From the NCBI GenBank assembly GCA_041737095.1, contig JBGSSK010000168.1, positions 1 through 63,415 of the forward strand: a stretch of 63,415 nt of DNA, written 5' to 3'. Position numbers and translations under genes: made by a program. The notes beneath the pieces were generated by a model. The model had not been told where the DNA came from, did not search any database, and saw nothing but the letters and a program-made list of their open reading frames with translations. This DNA comes from Parvularculaceae bacterium (GTDB lineage Bacteria; Pseudomonadota; Alphaproteobacteria; Caulobacterales; Parvularculaceae). This document shows, in pieces, positions 40,716 to 50,273 of the stretch (within the stretch, counting starts at the first letter, position 1; every line of letters begins with the position of its first letter).

Positions 40716-41627
40716 ATGTCTGACCTGATCCTTCATCATTTCGATATTTCTCCCTACGCGGAGAAAATAAGGAAACTGTTCGGCGTCAAGGGATTATCGT
40801 GGCGGTCCGTGCAGATCCCGGCGGTCATGCCCAAGCCGGATCTCACGGCCCTGACCGGCGGCTACCGCAAGACGCCGGTCCTCCAGATCGGCGCAGACAT
40901 TTATTGCGACACGCAATTGATTGCGCAGACAATCGACCGCCTGCACCCGGTCCCGTCTCTGTTCAGCGCCGGACGTCTTGTCGAATTAGGCCTGCAGCAA
41001 TGGAGCGACGCGGCTTTTTTTCCGCCTGGGGCCGGCTTGTCGCTTTACGAAAATCGGGCGCAGATCCCGGAAGCGATTTCGAAAGACCGAGAGGACTATT
41101 TTTCGTTCCTCGACTTCAAGCGGTTTGAGCTCGACGCACCGCATTTCAGAAGTCAGTTCCGCGCCCATGCGTGCCTGATCGAAGACCAATTGCTGGACGG
41201 GCGGGCGTTCATCCACGGCGACGCCGTTTCCTGGGCCGATATCGGCGCTTATTTCAACATCTGGATGGCCGGCGGAAATATCCCGAGCTCCGTTCGAATG
41301 CTGAACGGCATGACGCATCTGCAGACATGGTTCGAACGGATGCGGTCGTTCAGCGAAGGCGCCCGCACGGAGATCAGCGCGAAAGAAGCGCTGGAGATCG
41401 CGAAAGAAGCCATTCCCGCAAAAGCCTCGCCATCGATCGAGGACGAAAGCGGCGCAGTCTCCGGCGACGATGTCGTCGTCAGCGCCGCTGATTACGGGAA
41501 AGACCCGGTGGCCGGCGTTCTTTCATCGGTCGATGACCGCGAAATCGTCATCCTCCGCCGCGACGAGCGGATCGGTGCGACCGCGGTTCATTTTCCGCGC
41601 ATCGGTTTCCGTCTCGACAAGCGCTGA
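40716..41627 (+). CDS. Glutathione S-transferase family protein with C-terminal extension
   Basis: HHFDISPYAEK, TGGYRKTPVLQIGADIYCDT, VHFPRIGF. Confidence 0.9.
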   Translation: MSDLILHHFDISPYAEKIRKLFGVKGLSWRSVQIPAVMPKPDLTALTGGYRKTPVLQIGADIYCDTQLIAQTIDRLHPVPSLFSAGRLVELGLQQWSDAAFFPPGAGLSLYENRAQIPEAISKDREDYFSFLDFKRFELDAPHFRSQFRAHACLIEDQLLDGRAFIHGDAVSWADIGAYFNIWMAGGNIPSSVRMLNGMTHLQTWFERMRSFSEGARTEISAKEALEIAKEAIPAKASPSIEDESGAVSGDDVVVSAADYGKDPVAGVLSSVDDREIVILRRDERIGATAVHFPRIGFRLDKR

Positions 41628-41650
41628 CCACTCGGTTGTTCACGCCAGAA

Positions 41651-41676
41651 AGAAACAAACGTGACTGTTTGTTTTT
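41651..41676. promoter_or_regulatory. Putative TetR operator 8
   Basis: AGAAACAAACG-TGAC-TGTTTGTTTTT upstream of Rieske 3. Confidence 0.65.
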
Positions 41677-41755
41677 CGGCGGACTTGTGTTATTTTCCGG
41701 GGTCGCCGCGACAGGTCGGCGCACCTTCGACGCCGACAAGACAGGGAGAAACGCG

Positions 41756-43120
41756 ATGGCTGACGGATTCAAAGCCGAATGGCCGATGGATTTGAAGGCG
41801 CCGAAAGACTCGCTCGAGGCGAAGCAACCAAGACCCGACGATCTGCGCCTCGAAGTGCCCGATCCCTCGCGGTATTACTCGCGCGAATTCATGGATCTCG
41901 AATGGAAGCACCTTTGGCCAAGGGTCTGGCTGCTGGCCGGCGTCACGCCGGACATCAAGGAACCCGGCGACTTCACGGTCTTCAAGCATGGCCATGAAGA
42001 ATTCATCATCGTTCGCCAGGCCGATGGCGGCGTCAAAGCGTTCTACAACGCTTGCCCGCATCGCGGGAATCGCGTCTGCCTCACCGAACAGGGCAGCGTG
42101 CCGCAGTTCTCCTGTCCGTTCCACGGCTGGAAATTCAATTGCGATGGCAAACTCGCGGCGATCACGGAAGAAAAGACCTTCGATCCGGCCCTGATAAAGC
42201 ACCGGCCGGGCCTCACCGAGGTGCGTTGCGACACGATCGGCGGGCTGATCTTCGTCAACATGGACGGCAAGGCGCCGCATCTTCGCGACTGGATCGGACT
42301 GCCGCCCGGCTATATCGAGAATTACGAGATCGACAAGATGAACGTCGTTCGACATGTCCGCAGCGAATGGATGGCGAACTGGAAGACTGGTCTCGACGCC
42401 TTTTACGAGACCTATCACCTTCCCCATATCCATCCGCAGACCCAGGGCGTGATGGAAGACTATAGCCAGATTGATCTGTACCCCAACGGGTTCAGCCGGA
42501 TGATCGTGCCAATCGGGGTCAAATCCCACCGCGTCAATGATCGCGTCAACATCGACCCCTATCAGAAATTCATGATGGCCGAGGCGGGCATCGACGCCGA
42601 GACCTTCACCGGCACGGCCGCGGATGTCAGGGACGCGATACAGAAGGCGAAGCGCGCCCGCGGCAAGCGATTTGGACTGAACTACTACGACAAACTGACC
42701 GACGGCCAACTGACCGACAGTTGGGTGACCGGCTATTTTCCGAACGTGCAGATCGGCATGCACCCTGAGGGCGTTTTCATCATGCGCTTTACCCCGCACC
42801 CGACCGATCCGGAGCGTTTCTACTACGACAATATGACGATGTTCCGTTATGTCGACGATCCGGGATACGCCGCGCCGGGATGGATGGGATTGCCGAAAGA
42901 AATCGATGTGACAGGCGAAATTCGGCCCGAAATCGAGCATGTTCCGGCAGGCGTCAAACCCGATCTTGGAGAAGTCCTTGATCAGGACGTCGAACTCGTC
43001 GCCGCGGTCCAGCAGGGCGTCAAATCACGCGGCTTCAGGGGACCGTTGTGGTGCGAGCAGGAAGACCGGCTGCGCCATTTCCACCGCGAGCTTGATCGCT
43101 ACATCAACAACGAAAAATAA
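41756..43120 (+). CDS. Rieske oxygenase alpha subunit 3
   Basis: CPH..CPFH; ETYH..IH; DQD; ATG 41756 after GGGAG. Confidence 0.92.
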   Translation: MADGFKAEWPMDLKAPKDSLEAKQPRPDDLRLEVPDPSRYYSREFMDLEWKHLWPRVWLLAGVTPDIKEPGDFTVFKHGHEEFIIVRQADGGVKAFYNACPHRGNRVCLTEQGSVPQFSCPFHGWKFNCDGKLAAITEEKTFDPALIKHRPGLTEVRCDTIGGLIFVNMDGKAPHLRDWIGLPPGYIENYEIDKMNVVRHVRSEWMANWKTGLDAFYETYHLPHIHPQTQGVMEDYSQIDLYPNGFSRMIVPIGVKSHRVNDRVNIDPYQKFMMAEAGIDAETFTGTAADVRDAIQKAKRARGKRFGLNYYDKLTDGQLTDSWVTGYFPNVQIGMHPEGVFIMRFTPHPTDPERFYYDNMTMFRYVDDPGYAAPGWMGLPKEIDVTGEIRPEIEHVPAGVKPDLGEVLDQDVELVAAVQQGVKSRGFRGPLWCEQEDRLRHFHRELDRYINNEK

Positions 43121-43166
43121 CTTGGGCGCGCTGATTGCCGATTGAAGTAACCGCTGGCGGCTCGAC

Positions 43167-44006
43167 CTACCGGACTTTCTGGTAGGCGCGGACGTAGTCG
43201 ACATACATGAAAGCATTTTCCGGCGTCGCTTCCGTCACCTCGCCCGCGTCCATCGCAAGGTTCAACAGAATGTACATCGGCTGACGAAATTCCTCTGTCG
43301 TTTCCGTTCGCCAGAATTCCTGTCGATTGAAGTAGAAAATCATCACTTCTTCCTCGACGCTGACGCCGAACGTATTGAACCCTTCAAAAAGAGCGTTCTC
43401 CGGCACCTTGTGGGTGTAGGAACGGTTCACCCGCTCGATATCCTCAGTCCACGGATGGACATGAATTGTCGTCTCGAACTGGTTCGGCCTCAGGCCATGG
43501 TGCTCGAATACGTCAATCTCCGCCGCGAATTTCGACCGATCGACGCCGATCAGCCAGAACGCCGGCCAGAAGCCGTCACCCGGCGGCAATTTCGTCCGGA
43601 TTTCAAAGTAACCGTACTTCTGCGCGAAACCCTCGTTGCAAGTATTGTAGGATGACAGCAATCCCGAAAGCCAGCCATAGCTCGGATCCTTTCGCGCCTC
43701 GATCCGCAACATGCCGCCGCGGGTTATAAACGGAAAACCGCGCGACGGGTCGATGAAGACCGCTGACCCGAAGTCGCCGTTCCAGGGCGTGTGCGCAATC
43801 CATTCGCTGTCGCACCGCCGACCGGATACATCGAGCGTGTTGAAATTCTCCTCGAATGACAGCTTGTACTCTGACAGATCGATGTCAGCCGGACCAGCTG
43901 GAAGCGCATCCCGAAGCGGCGGGAAACCCGCGCCCGCGCAGCCGAATGTCGCTATCAGCAGCGAAGCCGCGAAGAATTTTCTGATTCTCAGTCCACTCAC
44001 TGCCAA
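43167..44006 (-). CDS. GH16 glycoside hydrolase, probable exported lipoprotein
   Basis: YGYFEIR, WPAFW, EIDVFE, ILLNLA, VDYVRAYQ; LLIATFGC. Confidence 0.88.
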   Translation of the reverse strand: MAVSGLRIRKFFAASLLIATFGCAGAGFPPLRDALPAGPADIDLSEYKLSFEENFNTLDVSGRRCDSEWIAHTPWNGDFGSAVFIDPSRGFPFITRGGMLRIEARKDPSYGWLSGLLSSYNTCNEGFAQKYGYFEIRTKLPPGDGFWPAFWLIGVDRSKFAAEIDVFEHHGLRPNQFETTIHVHPWTEDIERVNRSYTHKVPENALFEGFNTFGVSVEEEVMIFYFNRQEFWRTETTEEFRQPMYILLNLAMDAGEVTEATPENAFMYVDYVRAYQKVR

Positions 44007-44047
44007 GCCTCGCTAATCCGCCGCGGCCAAAACCGCGATTTTGGTCC

Positions 44048-46564
44048 TCACCGCGTCTTCTGGAAGTAATACTGGCGATCTTCCGGACGGAAATAGAAGC
44101 GCTGCTTTTCGTCGACCTTTGCGACCGCAAAGCACAAGATCCTCGCGCGCGCATCCATTAACCGCTGGGCGGCTGCGCGCGCAGCGCCGCGCGTCGTGAC
44201 GCACCACTCCATGACAAGCACCGTCAGATCGGCAGCCGCCGCTGTGATGCTGGCCTCGGGCTTTGCGAACACCGCCGGCGTATCGATCACTATATAGTCA
44301 TATTGCCCACGCAGCTTCGCGAGGGTCGCATCGAAGGCGTCGGCATCGAATTCATCGAATATTCTCACGCCGCTGACAAATTCGAGCATCTCAACGCCGC
44401 AGACTTTTTTGACCGGCTTCAAATCATAATCGGCGACGACGGTCGATTGCGCCGCTGACAAGGACCTGCCGCGCAATTCATGCACGAGATCACCCTGATT
44501 TGTTTCGGGCGGACTGACCTTGTCGGGCACAGGATCCGAGACCTCGACATCAAGCGGTCCGGTGCGGTTCTCAAGGCGCGGCGTATCAGCGCGTTCCAAT
44601 TCCTGCTCGGATCTGGCGGGTTCGAACGCCCGCGTCGACCCGCCCATGCAGTTCAGGAATGCTACATTCTTGCCGCCGCTCGCAAGCAGACTGGCGAACG
44701 CGAACGCCGTTGTCGATTTTCCTTCACCCTTGAAAGCGGATGCGAAAGCAATGGCCACGGGCCCGTCCATATCGCGTTCGGCCGCCTTGAGATGCAGCCG
44801 CAGATCCCTCAGTGACTCTGCAAAGGCGGAATCCGGTTCGTCCTGCAAATACCGGCGCACGACGTCGTCATTTTTCCGTTGCCGGAACAGCAGCCGCGAC
44901 TGAATGCGCGGAATGAGAACGACCGGCGCGGAAGGCCCGAATTCCCGTCTGACGTCATGGGTGTTTTTGACCCGGGTATCGAGGGTCTCCGCAGCGAATG
45001 ACGAGGCGGCGCCAAGCAGCAACGCAAGCATCAGTCCGCCAGCGAGGAGAATTTTCTTTTGCGGTTTCGATGGCTGCTCCGGCGGCTCGGCGGAGGCAAT
45101 GATGCGCGCATTTGCTTCGGCGAGACGGTCGCGCTCGTTGAGTTCCTTCTGGCGGTTCAGGAGCGCCTCATAGACGCCGCGCGTCGCCTCGATGTCGCGC
45201 TCGAGCTCAAGGAGCTTGACGTTTGACGTATTGTTGGACGCGACGTCGGTCTGCGCATCGCGCATATTCGCTTCGAGCGATTGCACCTGCGCCGCTGCAA
45301 ACCCCACATCCGCGCGAAGCCCCTCGACAATGCGCCGCACTTCGCGGTTCAGCTGAGCGTCAAGTTCCGCCGACTCCTCCTCTATTTTCTTGAGCTCCGG
45401 GTGGCGTTCGCCGTAGCGGACCTTGAGTTCCGCTCGGCGCCGCGTCACTTCAGCCTGCTGCCGTCGCAAGTCGCCGATGACCGGCGACGACATGACCTCG
45501 GTTATCGACTCAAATGGCGCGTCGGCGCCGACATATCCTGAAATGGTATTGTAACGCGCTCGCAGACTGGAAAGATTGGTTCGCGCTGCGGCGAGTTCGG
45601 TCGCAATTCCCGAAAGCGCCCTTTCAGAAATCGATGATCCGGTGACATCGACCAAACCCTGCTCAGCTCGATATTGCGCGGCGGCTTCTTCGGCGGACCG
45701 GACTTCGATTCTCAAAGTATCCAGCCGCGCGTCGATCCATTTGTTCGCCTGACGCAGGGAATTATACTGCGCTTCCAGTTGCTGGAGAATGTACTCCTCC
45801 GCATAGGCATTGGCGATCCGCGCAGCGTCCTTGGCCGATGGACTGTCGAAGCGAATTTTGATCAGGAATGTTTGACCCACACGCAGGATCTCGAGGTTCT
45901 TTTGCAATTCGTCGATTTTCTGGCTGCTCGCCTTGAATTCCGCAACCGACGCCGAACCGCCTGCGGAAGCGTTTGAAACGACAGCTTCTTCCCCGATCGC
46001 GATTGTAGGCTGGATCGCATCCGCCGCAGCCGCGGCGATCCCCGCCCGTTCGGCGACGTCGCTGATTTCCGCAAGTTCGGTCGTCTGCGGCGAATTGAGG
46101 GCCGCGTTTTCAGCCGTCTTGAGCGTTCGCGTCGACTGCAGGGACGCAAGGTCCGCGGCGACGTCAGCCAACCGTCTTACAAAAAAATCCTCCTCTTCCG
46201 CGCCTGCGTCGCTCTCCGAGGCGTTCTGAGCGTCTTCGTAATGGAGCCTCTCAGCGACCCTGATCGCCATCGCCCGGCTGCGAAGGAGCTCAACTTCGGT
46301 GTCGACCATTGTCGGATCCGCCGCGAGCTGTGGAAAAACATCTTGTCCGTATGCGAACGCTTCTGTCTTCGGCTGGATCATCAGCGACGTCTCGCCGGTA
46401 TAAAGCTCGGTCGACAGAAACGTGAACGCCACAACGCCGGCAAACACCGTTGATGCTACAGCGCCGAACAGAGCCGCGCGTCGACGCAGGCCGACCCACA
46501 TCGATCGAAGATCAACAAGTTCCTCGACATCATCGAAATATTGCAGCGTCCTGTCAGTCGTCAC
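44048..46564 (-). CDS. Polysaccharide co-polymerase (Wzc/ExoP/GumC family) with degenerate kinase domain
   Basis: Two TM segments, coiled coil with YGERHP, PSKPQK, Walker A KGEGKST, IVIDTP; Walker A' DxDxR absent. Confidence 0.87.
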   Translation of the reverse strand: MTTDRTLQYFDDVEELVDLRSMWVGLRRRAALFGAVASTVFAGVVAFTFLSTELYTGETSLMIQPKTEAFAYGQDVFPQLAADPTMVDTEVELLRSRAMAIRVAERLHYEDAQNASESDAGAEEEDFFVRRLADVAADLASLQSTRTLKTAENAALNSPQTTELAEISDVAERAGIAAAAADAIQPTIAIGEEAVVSNASAGGSASVAEFKASSQKIDELQKNLEILRVGQTFLIKIRFDSPSAKDAARIANAYAEEYILQQLEAQYNSLRQANKWIDARLDTLRIEVRSAEEAAAQYRAEQGLVDVTGSSISERALSGIATELAAARTNLSSLRARYNTISGYVGADAPFESITEVMSSPVIGDLRRQQAEVTRRRAELKVRYGERHPELKKIEEESAELDAQLNREVRRIVEGLRADVGFAAAQVQSLEANMRDAQTDVASNNTSNVKLLELERDIEATRGVYEALLNRQKELNERDRLAEANARIIASAEPPEQPSKPQKKILLAGGLMLALLLGAASSFAAETLDTRVKNTHDVRREFGPSAPVVLIPRIQSRLLFRQRKNDDVVRRYLQDEPDSAFAESLRDLRLHLKAAERDMDGPVAIAFASAFKGEGKSTTAFAFASLLASGGKNVAFLNCMGGSTRAFEPARSEQELERADTPRLENRTGPLDVEVSDPVPDKVSPPETNQGDLVHELRGRSLSAAQSTVVADYDLKPVKKVCGVEMLEFVSGVRIFDEFDADAFDATLAKLRGQYDYIVIDTPAVFAKPEASITAAAADLTVLVMEWCVTTRGAARAAAQRLMDARARILCFAVAKVDEKQRFYFRPEDRQYYFQKTR

Positions 46565-46615
46565 TGTCGTTCACCCCAGCAATCACTGATCGAAAGGCCT
46601 CGAGCGGCTATCGAT

Positions 46616-47941
46616 CTACAAGCGAAACTCGATCCCGAGTCTTGCGATGTTTTCCGTAAATCCGAGACGCGCCGCGGCGCCATCCGAACTGACGTCGAAC
46701 CGCTCGAAGCGCATCGACACCACGACGTTGCGACGGAAGGCATAGTCCAGGCCGGCCGAAAGCCTAAGGGCGTCGTCCTGACGGTCAATGTCGCGAAAAT
46801 CGTCACGTCTGAATGTCGCGCGCGCGGTCAGCAAGAGCGGACGCAGAAGCTCGTGCTGGATCGTCAGTCCCGCTTCGTTGGCGTAGAATCCTGCGAAGCC
46901 GGGCACGGCGGAATCCTGGATCGAGCGCGTGGCGTTGACAGTGATCGTCGTCAGATCCGAGACGAAATATTCCAGCTCGGAGTTCACGCTGAATCCGGAC
47001 ACGTCCTCGAAAATCGGGTCGTCGTAGTTGCGCTTCTGGTAACCGACGCCGATTTCCCCGCGTGCGACTTTGTTGATATCGAGCGCAAGGCCGACAAAGC
47101 CTGTCAGGCCCTTCGAATCCAGGAAGACGCCGCGCGGCGCTCCAACGGCCGGATCAAAGAGACTCTGCGCCGCGCCGTATTCCTGCTTTTCTCCGCGTAT
47201 TTCCGCGAACGCGGCGACCGTCGGCCTTATTCGCACCGACTGACGAAAGAATGCGGCGTAGACCTCGCGGTCCCTGAAATCCTGGTCGAATACGCCCGGA
47301 CCGCCTAGCAGCGCTACGTCGTCGAAGTCGTCCTTTTGATAAGTGACGCCGAGTTGTTCCCGCAAGCGCGTCTGATTGACATCGAGGCTCAGGCCGGCGT
47401 TTGTTTCATCAAATCGAACAGGATTCGCGCCGCCGATCGCTGTTTGAGTTACGCGCCGGGATTCTGTCGCTCGCCGCCACCCGCCATTGAAGCGAAGGCG
47501 CGCTCTGCTCGCAATATCGAGATAGCCGCGTCCGCCGAAATTGTAGTCCGACGTCGACTCGTCAGAATTATCGAAATACTGCAGACGCTGCGCGCCGGAA
47601 AGCAGCTCAAGCTGATGACGCGACCAATTTGATCTCAGCGTCAGCCCGCCGCGGATTTCACCGATGAAATCATCGGTCGCGCCGGTCTCGACGCCGAAGA
47701 TATTGTCATCGTAGAACTGCGCATAAGAGAGGCTTGGGAAAAGCGTAAAGCCGCCGGTTTTGATGCCGATTGCCTGAACATTGCGGGCGAAGCGTTCAGC
47801 GACGTTGACGTTCGGGCTGACATCCTGGTCGGCGCTTTCCTGCGCAGCAGCGAGCGTCGGCGACAAAATCGCGCAGGCGGCCGCGCCATTGATCACGGCG
47901 CGCGCGAAAGCTCTAGAGCTGCTAGGATCCCGAAACATCAA
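46616..47941 (-). CDS. EPS-associated outer-membrane beta-barrel protein
   Basis: Signal peptide, YDDNIF, SNWSRH, alternating beta strands, C-terminal GIEFRL; lies between wza and wzc. Confidence 0.8.
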   Translation of the reverse strand: MMFRDPSSSRAFARAVINGAAACAILSPTLAAAQESADQDVSPNVNVAERFARNVQAIGIKTGGFTLFPSLSYAQFYDDNIFGVETGATDDFIGEIRGGLTLRSNWSRHQLELLSGAQRLQYFDNSDESTSDYNFGGRGYLDIASRARLRFNGGWRRATESRRVTQTAIGGANPVRFDETNAGLSLDVNQTRLREQLGVTYQKDDFDDVALLGGPGVFDQDFRDREVYAAFFRQSVRIRPTVAAFAEIRGEKQEYGAAQSLFDPAVGAPRGVFLDSKGLTGFVGLALDINKVARGEIGVGYQKRNYDDPIFEDVSGFSVNSELEYFVSDLTTITVNATRSIQDSAVPGFAGFYANEAGLTIQHELLRPLLLTARATFRRDDFRDIDRQDDALRLSAGLDYAFRRNVVVSMRFERFDVSSDGAAARLGFTENIARLGIEFRL

Positions 47942-48041
47942 ACCCCCAAGCGCAGAGCCCGAAAAACAGAACCAGGTTCTGCGCTTAACACTGCCGGCAG
48001 CGCCCCACGCGCCGCCGTCGACTACACGAGCGTTCCGCCGA

Positions 48042-48641
48042 TCAGAAGAACCGCTCCGACACTCGAATGACGTCGCCAGGATAAATTTTCAGATCCGGCG
48101 TCAATTCGATTTTCCTTTCCTCAGCTTCGTCCGCGCGCTTGATGAACACCGACGATTTGCGTGCGCGATAGGTAAACCCGCCAGCCGCCGCAATCGCCTT
48201 CATCGCCGTCATCGAGGTGCTGTAGGGGTACTCCCCCGGACGCGTGACCTCGCCGAGAATGTAAAACGGTCGAAACTCAATGACCTCGGCTGCAACCCGC
48301 GCATCGTTCACGTAGCCTTCGGATAGTCCGGCCGCGATCTTCGCGCGCAGATCGTCAATGGTGGCTCCCGCGGCCGGAATTTCCCCGAGCAGAGGCAGCG
48401 ACACCTCGCCGCGCGAGTTGATGGAAAACTCGCCTGATAGTTCCGGTTCGCCGTAAACGATCAGCCGGATCCTGTCCGATGGCCCGAGTTTGTAGTCAGT
48501 GAGCGCACCGGCGAACGCAGGTGCAGCCGCTTCAGCGCGCGCGGCCGGCCGCGGCTCGGAAACGCCCGATGCGGCGCACGCGGCGGTGCAAAACATCACC
48601 CACGCAATTGTTGCAATTCGCAGAATCTGAAATTCCCCCAT
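48042..48641 (-). CDS. wza: Polysaccharide export lipoprotein (Wza/OPX)
   Basis: YKLGPSD, GEVSLPLLG, FYILGEV.RPG.YPY, AGGFTYRA. Confidence 0.9.
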   Translation of the reverse strand: MGEFQILRIATIAWVMFCTAACAASGVSEPRPAARAEAAAPAFAGALTDYKLGPSDRIRLIVYGEPELSGEFSINSRGEVSLPLLGEIPAAGATIDDLRAKIAAGLSEGYVNDARVAAEVIEFRPFYILGEVTRPGEYPYSTSMTAMKAIAAAGGFTYRARKSSVFIKRADEAEERKIELTPDLKIYPGDVIRVSERFF

Positions 48642-48755
48642 TTTCGACACCCAATTGGTTAATGGTAATTGATAAACCCCTGCGGCACAACGCTTTGGCG
48701 CCGATCGAGCGCGTGTTACACTTGCAACCACGGAATGTGGCCGAATAGCACCAGC

Positions 48756-50273
48756 CTATTCCGCCGGCGCCCGCCGCTGGGGCGAAAATAGCGCCGCCAA
48801 TTCGTCCTTTGGTTGTTTTTTTGCGTACCAGAGAGGGGGTGCAGTCACGCCGGAGAGCGTGGGATCGGCAGACTTTGGCGCTTTCCGCCGCTCCGGATAG
48901 GCCGAGGTCGCAATCGCCGCAAAAACAAAGAACAACAGCCCGGCGTCGATAAGCCCGCCGGCGATCATCTGAGACAACAGCAGCGCAATCGCGCCGGCGC
49001 GGGCCGCGACGAACAGGCGGCGCGCATAAATTGTCTCGCGCGTGATTTCGATTTTCACCTCGCGCCGCCCGGCGCGCAGAAAAGACGACCCCAGGAACGC
49101 CAGATAGAGAATTGCGCCAATCGCGCCGACATTGCTCAGCAAGGCCGTTGCAAGACTGGATGTGCGCGCGCTGCCTAGGCCGACGCCAAGTCCGCCCGTC
49201 TGGATGAAATTGTTTATCGCCTGCATGTTCCAGGCGGAACGTTCTATGCCGGAGGCCGATTGCATTTTCTGACCGAATAGAATTTCGACCAGCGCATAAG
49301 CTTGCAGTCGCAACGGCTCGTAGAACAGAAAGGCGATCAGCAGCGAGGAGGCAAGCGCGCTGGAAAACAACGCGGTCAAGTGATCGGATGTAAGTCCCCG
49401 GCGGATCAGAGTATAGACCGTGTGAAGGCTCCAAAGGATAATGAGCAGTGACATGACCGCGTAGGCTGTTGTCGAGAACGACAGCACTATGCAAATCAGC
49501 AGAAGGCCTGAAGCAACAAAATACCAGAGGCCGCGGGTCTGCAGGAAGCGAATGAAATTCCAGGCGAAAAGGCTCATGCTGATGGAGCCGAACGCAGAGG
49601 GCTCCGCATAAGAGCCGATGATCCGCTTCATTCCGACGATCGTGTGGTGGCTCAAAATCGAATAATTCGCGGTTCGCACAAACTCAAGAATCGCCGCCGC
49701 CGGGCCAAAAGTCGGAACCACGCTCAAGAGCGCGAATACAATATGGACGGCCGTAATCACATTGATGAGCGCCGTCGCCTGGCGAAGGCCGCCTCGCCTG
49801 CTCATGATGAATGCCACGATCGCAAAAAGGAACAAATTCAGGGTCATATAAAATGACTGGGTCAAGTTGCCGGTCGTCGGGTACAGCGGCGACAAAGAAA
49901 TGCCGTTAGAAGTCGGCGATGGGCGACTTAAGGAATAGACATTGATCTCACCTGCAAAAAGCTTCGGCATGAAGAAGGCCGAAAAAACCGCGTAACAGAC
50001 AAATAAGAGGAGAAGCAAAGTCGCTGGCCGCGCGGCGGCGTCGCGGATTGCATCGCCTGCGAGTTTTGGCCGCATCATGAATGCGCCGACCAGCGCGCCG
50101 CCGAGGATATGCGCGCAAATCAGGCTCGTGCCGCCGACGCTTGTCAAATTCACCGCGGCGGCTGTCTGCAGCGGCAGGAATGCAGCGAGAACAAAGAGCC
50201 CGATCGACAGCGGCCGCGCGATCACCAGGATCGCGGCAAGGAAACACAGAATGCCGATCGGCGTTAGTTCCAA
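48756..50273 (-). CDS. Wzy-like polysaccharide polymerase (multi-pass membrane protein)
   Basis: Many TM segments; R..G...EPS, SGIER, GVGLGS motifs; EPS context. Confidence 0.7.
   Translation of the reverse strand: MELTPIGILCFLAAILVIARPLSIGLFVLAAFLPLQTAAAVNLTSVGGTSLICAHILGGALVGAFMMRPKLAGDAIRDAAARPATLLLLLFVCYAVFSAFFMPKLFAGEINVYSLSRPSPTSNGISLSPLYPTTGNLTQSFYMTLNLFLFAIVAFIMSRRGGLRQATALINVITAVHIVFALLSVVPTFGPAAAILEFVRTANYSILSHHTIVGMKRIIGSYAEPSAFGSISMSLFAWNFIRFLQTRGLWYFVASGLLLICIVLSFSTTAYAVMSLLIILWSLHTVYTLIRRGLTSDHLTALFSSALASSLLIAFLFYEPLRLQAYALVEILFGQKMQSASGIERSAWNMQAINNFIQTGGLGVGLGSARTSSLATALLSNVGAIGAILYLAFLGSSFLRAGRREVKIEITRETIYARRLFVAARAGAIALLLSQMIAGGLIDAGLLFFVFAAIATSAYPERRKAPKSADPTLSGVTAPPLWYAKKQPKDELAALFSPQRRAPAE

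Noticed and set aside
11004-41676. Palindromic repeats as a CRISPR array, REP elements or MITE ends
   Set aside because: Dispersed single copies at promoters; no regular spacers, cas genes or transposase
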